A stretch of 64,000 nucleotides of DNA from Candidatus Eiseniibacteriota bacterium (lineage in GTDB: Bacteria; Eisenbacteria; RBG-16-71-46), in the NCBI GenBank assembly GCA_963725865.1, contig CAVSAC010000014.1, forward strand, positions 389,298 through 453,297, given 5' to 3'. This document shows, piece by piece, positions 28,068 to 36,932 of the stretch (position 1 is the first letter of the stretch; the number at the start of each line of letters is the position of its first letter). The position numbers were made by a program, and so were the translations under genes. Under the pieces are notes generated by a model, which saw nothing but the letters and a program-made list of their open reading frames with translations, was not told the origin of the DNA and did no database searches.

Positions 28068-30376
28068 GCGACGTCCTCGCGCTCCAGCACGCGCAGGAAC
28101 GCCGCCACCACCTCGGGGTCGAACTGGCTGCCGGCCGAGCGGTCCATCTCGGCGCGCGCGGGCTCGCGCTGCAGCGACGGCCGCCACGGGCGGCCGCGCG
28201 TCATGCTCTCCCAGGCATCCACGACCGCGAGCACGCGCGCGCCCATCGGGATCTCGGCGCCCGCCAGGCCGCGCGGGTAGCCGGACCCGTCCCAGCGCTC
28301 GTGGTGTCCAAGGATGATCTCGCGCACCGAGCCGAGGTACTCAAGCGGGCGCAGGATCTCCACGCTCACCTCGGGGTGGTGGAGCACCGCCTCGCGGTCC
28401 GCCTCGTCCAGCGGCGCGCTGCTGCGCACCGCCGCCGGTAGCCGCGTCATGCCGACGTCGTGGATGCTCATCGCGTAGCCCACCACGTCGATGTCGGCCG
28501 GGCCGAGTCCCAGCTCGCGCGCCAGCTCGCGCGCCATCCGCACGGCGTGGTGGCCGCCCAGCATGTGCTCGCGGCGCAGCCGGGTCACCGAGCGCACCAT
28601 CTCGAGCGCCTCCTCGACCACGCGCCCCGACCCGGGGTGGGCGCAGGCGCGCTCGAGCGCGCTGCCGATGCGATCCACCAGCGCGGTGAGGACCCCGAGA
28701 TCGGCGTCGTCGAACGAGGCGCCGTCGCGCTTGTTGTTCACGTTGATCACGCCCAGCACCTCGTTGTCCACGCGCATGGGGACGCACAGCAGCGACTTGG
28801 TGTGGTACTGGGGATGGTTGAGCCGGCGGAAGCGCCGGTCGGTCTCGATGTTGTCGACCAGCAGCGGGCGGCCCCACGCGGCGACGGCGCCCGCCACGCC
28901 GGAGCGGACCGGCGTGCGGCGGCCCTTCAACTGCGCGGTGTCCAGTCCCCGCGCCGCCGCGACGAACAGATCGCCGCGCTCGGGGTCCACCAGCATGAGC
29001 GAGGAGATCTCGGCGTCCATCGCGACCGAGACCATCTCCACGGTGTGATCGAGCAGCGCGCGCAGGTCCTTGCGCGCCAGCACCAGCCGCGCGACGCGGC
29101 GCGCCTGGGCCGAGGCGAGCTGCCGCAGCGGCAGCGAGAACTGGAAGCGGGCGCCCCGCGGCGTGCGGTTCTCGACCCCGATCGTGCCGCCGTGCAGCTC
29201 CACGATGCCGCGCGCGATCGGCAGGCCGAGCCCGGTCCCCTCGGGCGACTCGCCCTCGCTCGCCGCGCGGGCGCGGTAGAAGCGCTCGAACACGTGCGGG
29301 ATGTCGTCGGGCGCGATCCCGGGGCCCCCGTCCTCGACCGCGCCGATCCAGACGTCGCCCTGGGACTGCGCGACCAGCCGCACCGGGGAACCGTACGGCG
29401 CGTGCTTGATCGCGTTGGTGAGCAGATTGATGAGCAGGCGGCGCAGCAGATCGGGATCGGCCTCGGGCTGCAGGTCACCCTCCACCTCGACCTCGAACGT
29501 CGCGTGGCGAGCCTTGGCCACCGGCTGGAGGCCCTCGATGGTCTCGTTCACGAGCTCCGCGAGCGAGAAGCGCGCGAGCCGCAGCGGGCGCTGCCCGGCC
29601 TCGAGTCGCGAAAGATCGAGGATGTCGGTCACGAGCCGCCCGAGGCGGTCGCACTCATCGTTGATGATGCCGAGGAAGCGCTGTCGCGGCGCTTGCGCGT
29701 TGTGCAGGTTGTCGAGCATCGCCTCGGTGTACGCCTTGATCGCGGTCAGCGGCGTGCGGATCTCGTGCGCGACCACCGACATCAGGCTCGAGGAGGTCTC
29801 CTCGCTGCCCGCGAGGCGGTGCTGCAGCTCCGCGGCACGCCGGCGCTCGTCCTCGATCTGGCGCTCGAGCTCGCCGCGCGCGAGCGCCAGCGCGAGCCCG
29901 TCGCCGATCATCTGCAGCATCAGGCGCTCGTCGGGGATCAGCCGTCGCGGGGCCTCGAAATCCACCAGCAGGAACCCGTGGATCGTGCCGCCCAGCGCGA
30001 GCGGCACCGCGGCGATCGCTGCCGGGGGGGACCCCCACAGGCCGTTCTCGCGCGGCTGCGCGGGATCCTCGCCCTCGTCGAACACCGCGCGGCCCTCGCG
30101 CAGCACCCGCTCGAGCGGGCCACCGGGCTCCGCCAGCCAGGGCATCGTCACGCCCGCGGCGTCGGTCGCGCGCATCGAGCCGCTGCGCGGGTCGAGCCTC
30201 ACGACGCGATGATCCGACGCGTCGAGCGCGCGGACGACACAGCTGCCGGCGATCGCGCACGCGGTCTCGAGGTCGGCGGTCGAGCGCAGCGCCAGCAGCG
30301 CCTCGGCGAGCGGCGCGAGCACGGGCGAGCCGGGGCCCGGAGAGCCGTTCATCGGACGCAACAGATCGGTCGCCAT
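28064..30376 (-). CDS. Paralogous hybrid sensor: GAF, HisKA, HATPase_c, GAF, HD-GYP
   Basis: H-box MSVVAHEIRTPLTAIKAY. HATPase (VEDGGPGIAP...GTGLGLPIARG). C-terminal HD...HHERWDGSGYPRG. Same architecture as the neighbouring gene. Confidence 0.8.
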   Translation of the reverse strand: MATDLLRPMNGSPGPGSPVLAPLAEALLALRSTADLETACAIAGSCVVRALDASDHRVVRLDPRSGSMRATDAAGVTMPWLAEPGGPLERVLREGRAVFDEGEDPAQPRENGLWGSPPAAIAAVPLALGGTIHGFLLVDFEAPRRLIPDERLMLQMIGDGLALALARGELERQIEDERRRAAELQHRLAGSEETSSSLMSVVAHEIRTPLTAIKAYTEAMLDNLHNAQAPRQRFLGIINDECDRLGRLVTDILDLSRLEAGQRPLRLARFSLAELVNETIEGLQPVAKARHATFEVEVEGDLQPEADPDLLRRLLINLLTNAIKHAPYGSPVRLVAQSQGDVWIGAVEDGGPGIAPDDIPHVFERFYRARAASEGESPEGTGLGLPIARGIVELHGGTIGVENRTPRGARFQFSLPLRQLASAQARRVARLVLARKDLRALLDHTVEMVSVAMDAEISSLMLVDPERGDLFVAAARGLDTAQLKGRRTPVRSGVAGAVAAWGRPLLVDNIETDRRFRRLNHPQYHTKSLLCVPMRVDNEVLGVINVNNKRDGASFDDADLGVLTALVDRIGSALERACAHPGSGRVVEEALEMVRSVTRLRREHMLGGHHAVRMARELARELGLGPADIDVVGYAMSIHDVGMTRLPAAVRSSAPLDEADREAVLHHPEVSVEILRPLEYLGSVREIILGHHERWDGSGYPRGLAGAEIPMGARVLAVVDAWESMTRGRPWRPSLQREPARAEMDRSAGSQFDPEVVAAFLRVLEREDVA

Positions 30377-30389
30377 CGCTCGCTCCGCG

Positions 30390-31382
30390 TCAGGCCACGT
30401 CGCGTTCGCTGCCCGGCGCCGTGTCGCTGCGGCGCCGTTCGCCGACCAGCACGCTGCCGGGGATGCCCTTGCCGTGCTCCTTCAGCTCCTGGGCCACGTC
30501 GATGAGCTGCGCGAGGTGCGTGACCGGCATCCGATCGGTGCTCACCATCGCAATCGTCACGCTCATGAGCGGGAATCGCTCCGGCACGTGGAGGCGATTG
30601 CGCACCTCGATGTGCCCGCGGGCCACGTCCGCCTCGTCGTAGAGGGCCGGCACCGCCTCGGTGAACTGGGCGATGATCTCGTGGCCGATCGGCTCGGCGT
30701 GCTCCGGAGACGTCAGCAGCACGAAGTCGTCGCCGCCGATGTGCCCCACGAATCCGCCCGCGCCGCCGAGCCGCGCGGAGACCTCGACCAGGATCGCCGC
30801 GAGGCGCTGAATGGCCTCGTCTCCGCGCGCGTAGCCGTAGTGGTCGTTGAACGCCTTGAAGAAGTCGATGTCGACCTGGAGCATCGCGAACGGCAGCCCG
30901 CTCGCGAGGCGGAGCTGGATCTCGTCGTGGATCGAGATGTTGCCCGGCAGCCCGGTGAGCGGGCTCATCGCGCGCTGCTGGCGGCTCCACTCCAGCATGT
31001 TGCGGATGCGCAGCAGCAGCTCGCGGTGCTCCCACGGCTTGGTCACGTAGTCGTTGGCGCCATCCGCGAGCCCCGAGACCTTGTCGGCGACCTCGGACTT
31101 CGCGGTGAGCATGATGATCGGGAGCGTGCGGGTCTCGAACGCGGCGCGCAGCCGGCGACACACCTCGTAGCCGTCGAGCCGGGGCATCATCACGTCGAGC
31201 AGCATCAGATCGGGGCGGTACGACAGCGCGTACTCGAGGGCCTGCTGTCCGTCGCGGGCTTCGATCACGTCGAAGCCGGCGCCCTCCAGCTGGAAGCGAA
31301 GCACCTCTCGGAGGTGGGGCTCATCCTCGGCGATGAGGATCCGGGTCGTGTTCACGCCGTCGTGGCTCCTGTGGAGTCGCAT
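30390..31382 (-). CDS. Response regulator REC-GGDEF (PleD/WspR-like diguanylate cyclase) with non-canonical GGDDF active-site motif
   Basis: REC (ILIAEDEP...LMLLDVMMPRLDGYE...TAKSE...DYVTKPW). GGDEF domain (FKAFNDHYGYARGD...GHIGGDDFVLL). No RxxD I-site upstream of the motif. Confidence 0.8.
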   Translation of the reverse strand: MRLHRSHDGVNTTRILIAEDEPHLREVLRFQLEGAGFDVIEARDGQQALEYALSYRPDLMLLDVMMPRLDGYEVCRRLRAAFETRTLPIIMLTAKSEVADKVSGLADGANDYVTKPWEHRELLLRIRNMLEWSRQQRAMSPLTGLPGNISIHDEIQLRLASGLPFAMLQVDIDFFKAFNDHYGYARGDEAIQRLAAILVEVSARLGGAGGFVGHIGGDDFVLLTSPEHAEPIGHEIIAQFTEAVPALYDEADVARGHIEVRNRLHVPERFPLMSVTIAMVSTDRMPVTHLAQLIDVAQELKEHGKGIPGSVLVGERRRSDTAPGSERDVA

Positions 31383-31787
31383 CGTTGAGTTCGGAACACA
31401 GATCAGCCGTGGACACCTCGGAGGCCGCGACCCGCTGGACTCCGACCGCCCGAGCGTCGCGAGGACGCGCGAGCACCACGCGACGGGCCGTGGAGGGAGC
31501 ACGCCGCGTGTCCGGCCGGGATCCGGGGCGGGAAGTGACTGCCCCGTGTACCCCTAGGCTTTCCCCTGACTTATCGGCGCAGGGCGGGGGTTACTTGACC
31601 GTCGTCTGGGGCGCGAGCCAATGGGGAAGGCGGAGTCCGGCCCGACTGGACCGGGCCGCAGGCACGGCCACGGACCTCGCGAGTCGCGTGCATCTGAACA
31701 CCTGCCGGCCCGCACTGGGCGGGCATCAGCGCCCTGCGGAGGGCGCCGGCGGCGCGTGGCGAGCGGTGGTCCCGGGCCCGGACCGCG

Positions 31788-32828
31788 TCAATCGCCGCGC
31801 ATCGCGAGGCCCGACTCCTCGAGGGCCGCGACCGCGTCCAGCTCGGGCTCGGCCACATCGCCGCGCTCGAGCATCCAGGCGCCGAGCTGGGCGATCATCG
31901 CCGCGTTGTCCGCGCACAGCCGCAGGGACGGCACGCGCAGCACCACGCCGGCGCGACCGCAGGTCTCGGCCAGGCGCGAGCGCAGCGCGCGGTTCGCGGC
32001 GACACCGCCGCCGAGGTTGAGCGCGCGCGCGCCGACCGCCGCCACCGCGCCCATGGTGCGCGCGACGAGCGTGTCGACCACCGCGGCCTGGAACGAGGCC
32101 GCCACGTCGGCGACCAGCGCGGCGGGCCAGGGACCGGGCCCCCGCGCCGCGAGCGCCTGCACGACGGCGGTCTTGAGCCCCGAGAACGAGAAGTCGAATC
32201 CCGGCCGGTCGAGCATCGGACGCGGGAACGCGAACGCGGTCGGATCGCCGGACGTGCTGAGGCGATCGAGCACGGGGCCGCCGGGGAAGCCGAGGCCGAG
32301 CAGCTTGGCGACCTTGTCGTACGCCTCGCCCGCCGCATCATCGCGGGTGCTCCCCATCCAGCGGTACTCGCCGACGCCCCGGACTTCGACCAACTCGGTG
32401 TGCCCGCCCGAGACCACCAGCGCGACCGCGGGATACGGCGAGGGCCCGTGCTCCAGCGTGCCCGCATGCAGGTGCGCCTCGATGTGGTTGACCCCCACCA
32501 CCGGGATGCCGAGGGCCAGGCCATAGGCCTTCGCGAACGCCACCCCGACCACCAGCGAGCCGATCAGGCCCGGCGCCCGGGTGACCGCGATCGCGGTGAG
32601 CGCGCGCGGCTCCACCTCGGCCTCCGCGAGCGCCTCGCGCACCAGCCGCGGGAGGTGCTCGAGGTGCGCGCGCGAGGCGAGCTCGGGCACCACGCCGCCG
32701 TAGAGCCGATGCACGTCCTGCGCGGCGATCAGGTGGGCGCGCAGCCGGGTGCCGCGTTCGAGCACCGCGACGCTGGTGTCGTCACAGGAGCTCTCGATGC
32801 CGAGCACCAGATCGGTGGCGTGGCTCAT
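31788..32828 (-). CDS. tsaD: tRNA N6-adenosine threonylcarbamoyltransferase
   Basis: LVLGIESSCDDTSVAV...GVNHIEAHL...VSGGVAAN Kae1/TsaD motifs. 346 aa. Confidence 0.85.
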   Translation of the reverse strand: MSHATDLVLGIESSCDDTSVAVLERGTRLRAHLIAAQDVHRLYGGVVPELASRAHLEHLPRLVREALAEAEVEPRALTAIAVTRAPGLIGSLVVGVAFAKAYGLALGIPVVGVNHIEAHLHAGTLEHGPSPYPAVALVVSGGHTELVEVRGVGEYRWMGSTRDDAAGEAYDKVAKLLGLGFPGGPVLDRLSTSGDPTAFAFPRPMLDRPGFDFSFSGLKTAVVQALAARGPGPWPAALVADVAASFQAAVVDTLVARTMGAVAAVGARALNLGGGVAANRALRSRLAETCGRAGVVLRVPSLRLCADNAAMIAQLGAWMLERGDVAEPELDAVAALEESGLAMRGD

Positions 32829-32925
32829 GGCGGACCAGCGGACTCCTTCCCATGGCCGCCCGCGAGGGCGCGGGCCGCGATCGACCGCGGCCGGCGCGGA
32901 ACGCTTCGCGGAGCGGAGTCGGGCC

Positions 32926-33267
32926 TCAGCGCGACGGCGGGCCCGGCTCGGGTTCCAGCGCCGACTCGAGCCAGGCCAGGTACTTCGGCGCACCGGCCGC
33001 GATGCGGACGGCGACGCATTCCGGAACGTCGTACGGATGCAGCTCGTGAAGGCGCGACATCAGCGCCGTCCAGTCCTGCTTGCGCGTCTTCAGCAGCACG
33101 GTGACCTCGCGTGCGTCCGCGATGCTGCCCTCCCAGCGATAGAGCGACCGCGCGCCCGGCAGCAGCGTGCCGCACGCGGCGAGCCGCTCCTCGACCAGCA
33201 CGCGCACGACGCGCGCGGCGTCGTCCTCGGTGGCGAACGTGGTGAACACCATCAGCATCTCGGTCAT
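32926..33267 (-). CDS. cutA: Divalent-cation tolerance protein CutA
   Basis: MLMVFTTFATEDDAARVVRVLVEERLAACGTLLPGARSLYRWEG...HPYDVPE. 113 aa. Confidence 0.75.
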   Translation of the reverse strand: MTEMLMVFTTFATEDDAARVVRVLVEERLAACGTLLPGARSLYRWEGSIADAREVTVLLKTRKQDWTALMSRLHELHPYDVPECVAVRIAAGAPKYLAWLESALEPEPGPPSR

Positions 33268-33382
33268 CGCGCTCCTCCGGCGGGACGGGCGGCCAGTCTA
33301 GCATCGCGCGCCCGCGGGGCGGTCGCCCGTGGCCGCCGCGCGCGCGCGGCCTCGCGATGCGGCGCTCGCGGGCACGCGGCGT

Positions 33383-34210
33383 TCAACGCACCCCCACGAC
33401 CACCGCCAGCCAGCCCGCCTGCTGCTCGAAGCGCGTGCGCCGCCGATAGACCTGGTCGGGCTCGTCGCGCTGCTCGTTCCAGCCCTCGACGTACACCTGC
33501 ACGTCGGCGAATCCGGCCTCGCGCATGGCATCGCGGACCTCGGGCAGCGTCCACATCCGCCAGTCGTAGGTGTAGGCGCGCTCGATCGAGCGGCCGTCGC
33601 GCAGGCGGAAGTGGATGTGGCAGAGCAGCCGGTGGTCGATCGGGTTGAACGCGACCTGGTCCCACACGTACGTGAATGGCGGCACCCGCTCGCCGTCCGG
33701 CCCCTGCGAGCCGGCGATACGGCGCGTCTCGACCAGCGGGCCCATGGCGTCGCTGCCGCCGAACGCGTTCGCGAACATCAGCCCGCCCGGGGCCAGCGTA
33801 CGCCGCGCGGCGCGCAGGTAGTCGATCAGCGCGGCGCGCTCGTGGAACACCCACCACGAGAAGTTCATCGCGCAGATCACGTCCACCCGGGGCACCCGCG
33901 CGTGTCGCACGTCGGCGCGCACCAGCGTGACGCGGCGGCCCGCCTCGCGCATGCGCGCGAGATGGTGCGCGCGCGACCACGCCAGCGTCTCCGCGTCGAG
34001 GTCCACCCCCCACGCGCGGTGCGAGCGGTCGCGCAGGGCCCACGCGCAGGCCAGCGCGGCGGTGCCGCAGAAGTCCTCGCGGAAGCGCGTGAACGCGCGG
34101 CCGCGCAGGCGGCGGTAGACGCGCGCGAAGAAGTCGAGGTCGTACTCCACGCCCTGGACGGCGGCCTCGTAGAGCACGTGGCGGTCGGGCAGCGGAACGT
34201 GCTTCGGCAT
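33383..34210 (-). CDS. Class I SAM-dependent methyltransferase
   Basis: Methyltransferase motif I context (FCGTAALACAWA...WGVDLDAETL) and post-I acidic residue. ~275 aa. Confidence 0.55.
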   Translation of the reverse strand: MPKHVPLPDRHVLYEAAVQGVEYDLDFFARVYRRLRGRAFTRFREDFCGTAALACAWALRDRSHRAWGVDLDAETLAWSRAHHLARMREAGRRVTLVRADVRHARVPRVDVICAMNFSWWVFHERAALIDYLRAARRTLAPGGLMFANAFGGSDAMGPLVETRRIAGSQGPDGERVPPFTYVWDQVAFNPIDHRLLCHIHFRLRDGRSIERAYTYDWRMWTLPEVRDAMREAGFADVQVYVEGWNEQRDEPDQVYRRRTRFEQQAGWLAVVVGVR

Positions 34211-34374
34211 GGGGTGGTGACTCCGGGTGGGGCGCGAGGGTCGAGCGCGCACCGTACACCGCCGCCCGGGACCGGAAAAGTACACGCCGCGGGTCGTGAG
34301 CCCGCGGCGTGTCCCCGTGGTCGGATGAGTACTGCGTGGCGCGGCGCCCACGCGGGGCGCCGCACGCGGAGGCC

Positions 34375-34614
34375 TTACTTGCCGGCCGCGGGCTTCTGCT
34401 CCTCCATTTTGGCGTCACCGGTCTTCTTGGCGCGCTTGGCGTGCTTCTTCGTGGTCTTGTGCTTCGCATCCGACTTGACCGGCGCCGACTGGGCCGGGGC
34501 GGACGACGGTGACGCCGGCGCCGGCGCCGGCGTGCCCTGCGCGTAAGCGAAGAGCGGCAGCGCGAACGCCATCACGACGGCGACGAGGACGGCGAGCGAC
34601 AGACGGGACTTCAT
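34375..34614 (-). CDS. Small secreted Lys-rich protein (79 aa)
   Basis: Strong RBS (AGGAGGA) 7 nt before ATG. Signal peptide MKSRLSLAVLVAVVMAFALPLFAYA, then a Pro/Ala/Ser linker and a basic tail (KHKTTKKHAKRAKKTGDAKMEEQK). Confidence 0.45.
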   Translation of the reverse strand: MKSRLSLAVLVAVVMAFALPLFAYAQGTPAPAPASPSSAPAQSAPVKSDAKHKTTKKHAKRAKKTGDAKMEEQKPAAGK

Positions 34615-34709
34615 GGTGATCCTCCTGGTGTCCCGAGGGCAGTGGTGGTCGGAGCCGTCCTGCCCTCCGCGACGGGCGGCTCCCGGTGAACAGCGGTGCT
34701 GCGGATCGA

Positions 34710-35153
34710 TTACTTCTGCTTCGCGATCACGTACGGCGCGAGCTTGGCGTACATCGCCCGGTTCACGATCCCCTTGGTCAGCAGCTCGTTCTTCGCCTTG
34801 AACGGACGGCCGGCGATGATCTTGCTCACCGTCGCCTCGCCGATGCCGGGGATCTTCATGAGCTCGTCCTTGGTGGCGGTGTTGAGGTCCACCTTCATCG
34901 ACTGAGTGACCGCGCTCGGCGGCGTGGTGGTCTTGCCCGGCGTGGCTGCCTTCGTCGCGGGTGTGGCGGCCGCGACCTTGGCCGCCGGCGCGGCGGGGGC
35001 CGCAGCCATCGGCTTCGCCGCGGGAGTCGCGGCGGCGGCGGCGGCCGGCTTGGCGGCTGCCTTGCTCGGCGCGGTGACGGTCGAAGCGAACACCGGACTC
35101 GCGGCGACGACCAGCGCCAGCGCGAGCGCAGTGAGGGACGTGGAACGCTTCAT
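34710..35153 (-). CDS. comEA: ComEA-like periplasmic helix-hairpin-helix DNA-binding protein
   Basis: Signal peptide, then Ala/Pro/Lys linker, then C-terminal HhH motif VDLNTATKDELMKIPGIGEATVSKIIAGRPF. GGAGG RBS. Confidence 0.65.
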   Translation of the reverse strand: MKRSTSLTALALALVVAASPVFASTVTAPSKAAAKPAAAAAATPAAKPMAAAPAAPAAKVAAATPATKAATPGKTTTPPSAVTQSMKVDLNTATKDELMKIPGIGEATVSKIIAGRPFKAKNELLTKGIVNRAMYAKLAPYVIAKQK

Positions 35154-35872
35154 CGAGAACCTCCGAACGGGGGCTCGAGTGGGTTCGCCGCCGCGCCCCC
35201 GCGGCGGACGGCGAGGGTGCGGCCAGGCCACACCCGGGAAGCGGCCGCCCGCCGATGGCCGCGCGGACGCGGCGAGGCGGAGCGGACAACGGAGCGGCGC
35301 GCGCGTCGGAACGCGGGCGGCGCGGAGTGCATGTGCGGAAGCGGGATGGAACCAGGGTCCGGGACCGGACCGGAGGCGCGCGCCGAGGGAACACGGGCGC
35401 ACGCGAAGGAACGCAGGGCGAAGGTCGCGTGGGGGCTCGCGCGCGGGGGACCCCGGCCCGCCTCACGCAACTGGCTCGGATCGTGATTGCTCAGGTGCAG
35501 GTCGGTCAGCAGCATTCCGGGACCCGCCGCTGCCCGCGGGAGCGCGACCGAGGGCAGCACCGCGTAGCGCGCGCCATCGCGCGGCGTGCGGTGATGAATG
35601 CGGGTGCCGGCCGGGGTGGTCGCGTGGCGGCGCGGCGCCGGGCGTGCCGGCGCGGGCGCGGCGGGCACGCGAGTCGCGCCAGCGGTCGTGTGCAACTGGC
35701 TGCGAGCGTGCGCATGATGCGCGTGGTGGAGATGCGAACGAGGCTGCCCGGAGGTGTAGCGGGTGGACTGCGCCGCCGCGACGGGGTGCGGGACTCGCGC
35801 GCTCGCGCCGGCGCCACTCGCATGGACGGCGAGGGCCAGGACCGCGATGATGATCAGGCGCGCGACGCTTCG
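35150..35872 (-). CDS. Hypothetical secreted His-rich protein (C-terminal extent uncertain)
   Basis: ATG with GAGAGG RBS. Signal peptide MRSVARLIIIAVLALAVHASGAGA. His cluster HLHHAHHAHARSQLH. High GC3 throughout. No stop until it overlaps the comEA start, so the true end is unclear. Confidence 0.3.
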   Translation of the reverse strand, partial: RSVARLIIIAVLALAVHASGAGASARVPHPVAAAQSTRYTSGQPRSHLHHAHHAHARSQLHTTAGATRVPAAPAPARPAPRRHATTPAGTRIHHRTPRDGARYAVLPSVALPRAAAGPGMLLTDLHLSNHDPSQLREAGRGPPRASPHATFALRSFACARVPSARASGPVPDPGSIPLPHMHSAPPAFRRARRSVVRSASPRPRGHRRAAASRVWPGRTLAVRRGGAAANPLEPPFGGSR

Positions 35873-35991
35873 CATGAGACCTCTCGAGTGGGCGCGCATC
35901 CACATGCTGCGTGCGACGCACCACGAACCGCTTCGAGACTCCGATGACACGGGCAATTTCGATGAACCCGCGCGGCCGCCGGTGCGCGACT

Positions 35992-36918
35992 ATGGCACCG
36001 CCTCCGCGGGTGGGAAGTGAAATCTCTGTGAAGCGAGTCCGTCCCACGTCCGCGCTTCGTCTCACGCGCGCCGGGCTGCTGGTCCTGGCGGCGGCCGCGC
36101 TGGGCGCGGTCGCGGCCCGCGCGGGAGGCCGCTGCGTCCGCACGCAGATGACGTCGCCCACGCTCGGCGATCGCGAACGCACCGTCCGCCTCTACCTGCC
36201 GCCCAGCTACGACCGCGCCGACGCGGCCGGGCGCCGCTATCCGGTCGTCTACCTGCTCCACGGCTGGCCGGGCTCCGACGGCAATTGGGTGACGATGGGC
36301 CATGCCTGCGAGACCGCGGACTCGATGATCGCCGCGGGCGAGATGCCCGAGGTCATCCTGGTGTTCCCGAATGGCGCGGGCCCCGGGCTGCTCGGGCGTT
36401 CGTTGTGGATGGACTCCTACGACGGCAGGTGGCGCCTCGAGAGCTACCTGGCGCACGACCTGGTGGCGTGGACCGACTCGCTCTACCGCACCGTGCGCAG
36501 CGCCCGCGGCCGCGCGGTGATCGGGCTATCCGATGGCGGGACCGGCGCGTTCAACCTCGCATTCCGCCACCCCGAGGTCTTCGGCGGATGCGCCAGCCAC
36601 AGCGGGGAGTTCCGCCTGCGGCGCAGCATGGGCGACGGCGGCGTGGTCGGCCCCGAGCCGGGTGCGACCGCGCTCCTGGCGCGCAACAGCCCCGCCGTTT
36701 ACGTGGACGGCATCGTGGCGCGGGTGAAGACGCTGGATATCTACTTCGACTGTGGCAGCGGCGACGAGTCCATCGCCGACAACCGCGCGTTCCACGAGCA
36801 ACTCGCCGCGCTCGGCGTGCCGCACGAGTTCCGCGAGTTCCCGGGCACGCACGATTGGACCTACTGGCGAGCCCACCTCCATCAGTCGCTGGCCGCGGTG
36901 ACCCAGCACATGCGGTAG
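35992..36918 (+). CDS. Secreted esterase (putative esterase/S-formylglutathione-hydrolase-like alpha/beta hydrolase)
   Basis: VVYLLHGWPGSDGNW...GLSDGGTGAF (nucleophile elbow)...HDWTYW. Signal-like N-terminus. An alternative GTG start lies at 36031. Confidence 0.65.
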   Translation: MAPPPRVGSEISVKRVRPTSALRLTRAGLLVLAAAALGAVAARAGGRCVRTQMTSPTLGDRERTVRLYLPPSYDRADAAGRRYPVVYLLHGWPGSDGNWVTMGHACETADSMIAAGEMPEVILVFPNGAGPGLLGRSLWMDSYDGRWRLESYLAHDLVAWTDSLYRTVRSARGRAVIGLSDGGTGAFNLAFRHPEVFGGCASHSGEFRLRRSMGDGGVVGPEPGATALLARNSPAVYVDGIVARVKTLDIYFDCGSGDESIADNRAFHEQLAALGVPHEFREFPGTHDWTYWRAHLHQSLAAVTQHMR

Positions 36919-36932
36919 TGCCCGCTGCGGCT

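Noticed and set aside
22692-28280. 1862-aa ORF on the plus strand (also 58354..61890 minus, 1178 aa; 6819..8918 plus, 699 aa; 4047..5513 minus; 5089..6738 plus; 9262..10818 minus; 11038..12657 plus; 13565..14380 minus; 39843..41870 plus, 5' part)
   Set aside because: These lie antisense or in alternative frames to genes with clear domain signatures. Their translations are Arg/Ala/Gly/Pro-dominated low-complexity sequence with no motifs. That is the usual stop-codon paucity of ~70% GC DNA, not real genes.
31383-31787. 400-bp gap upstream of the REC-GGDEF operon, considered for a small RNA or riboswitch
   Set aside because: No recognisable conserved riboswitch motif or strong hairpin/terminator pair. 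Most likely the promoter and 5' leader of the c-di-GMP operon. Contains only weak spurious ORFs.
33264-34469. 401-aa ORF overlapping the SAM-methyltransferase gene in another frame
   Set aside because: Arg/Pro/Ala-rich nonsense translation. The overlapping frame carries a recognisable methyltransferase, and the small secreted peptide gene explains the 3' part.
35911-35991. Upstream ATG (MRRTTNRF...) as the esterase start
   Set aside because: That N-terminal extension is Arg-rich and lacks a signal sequence. It also overlaps the divergent His-rich gene's start region. The downstream ATG or GTG gives a signal-peptide-bearing esterase.
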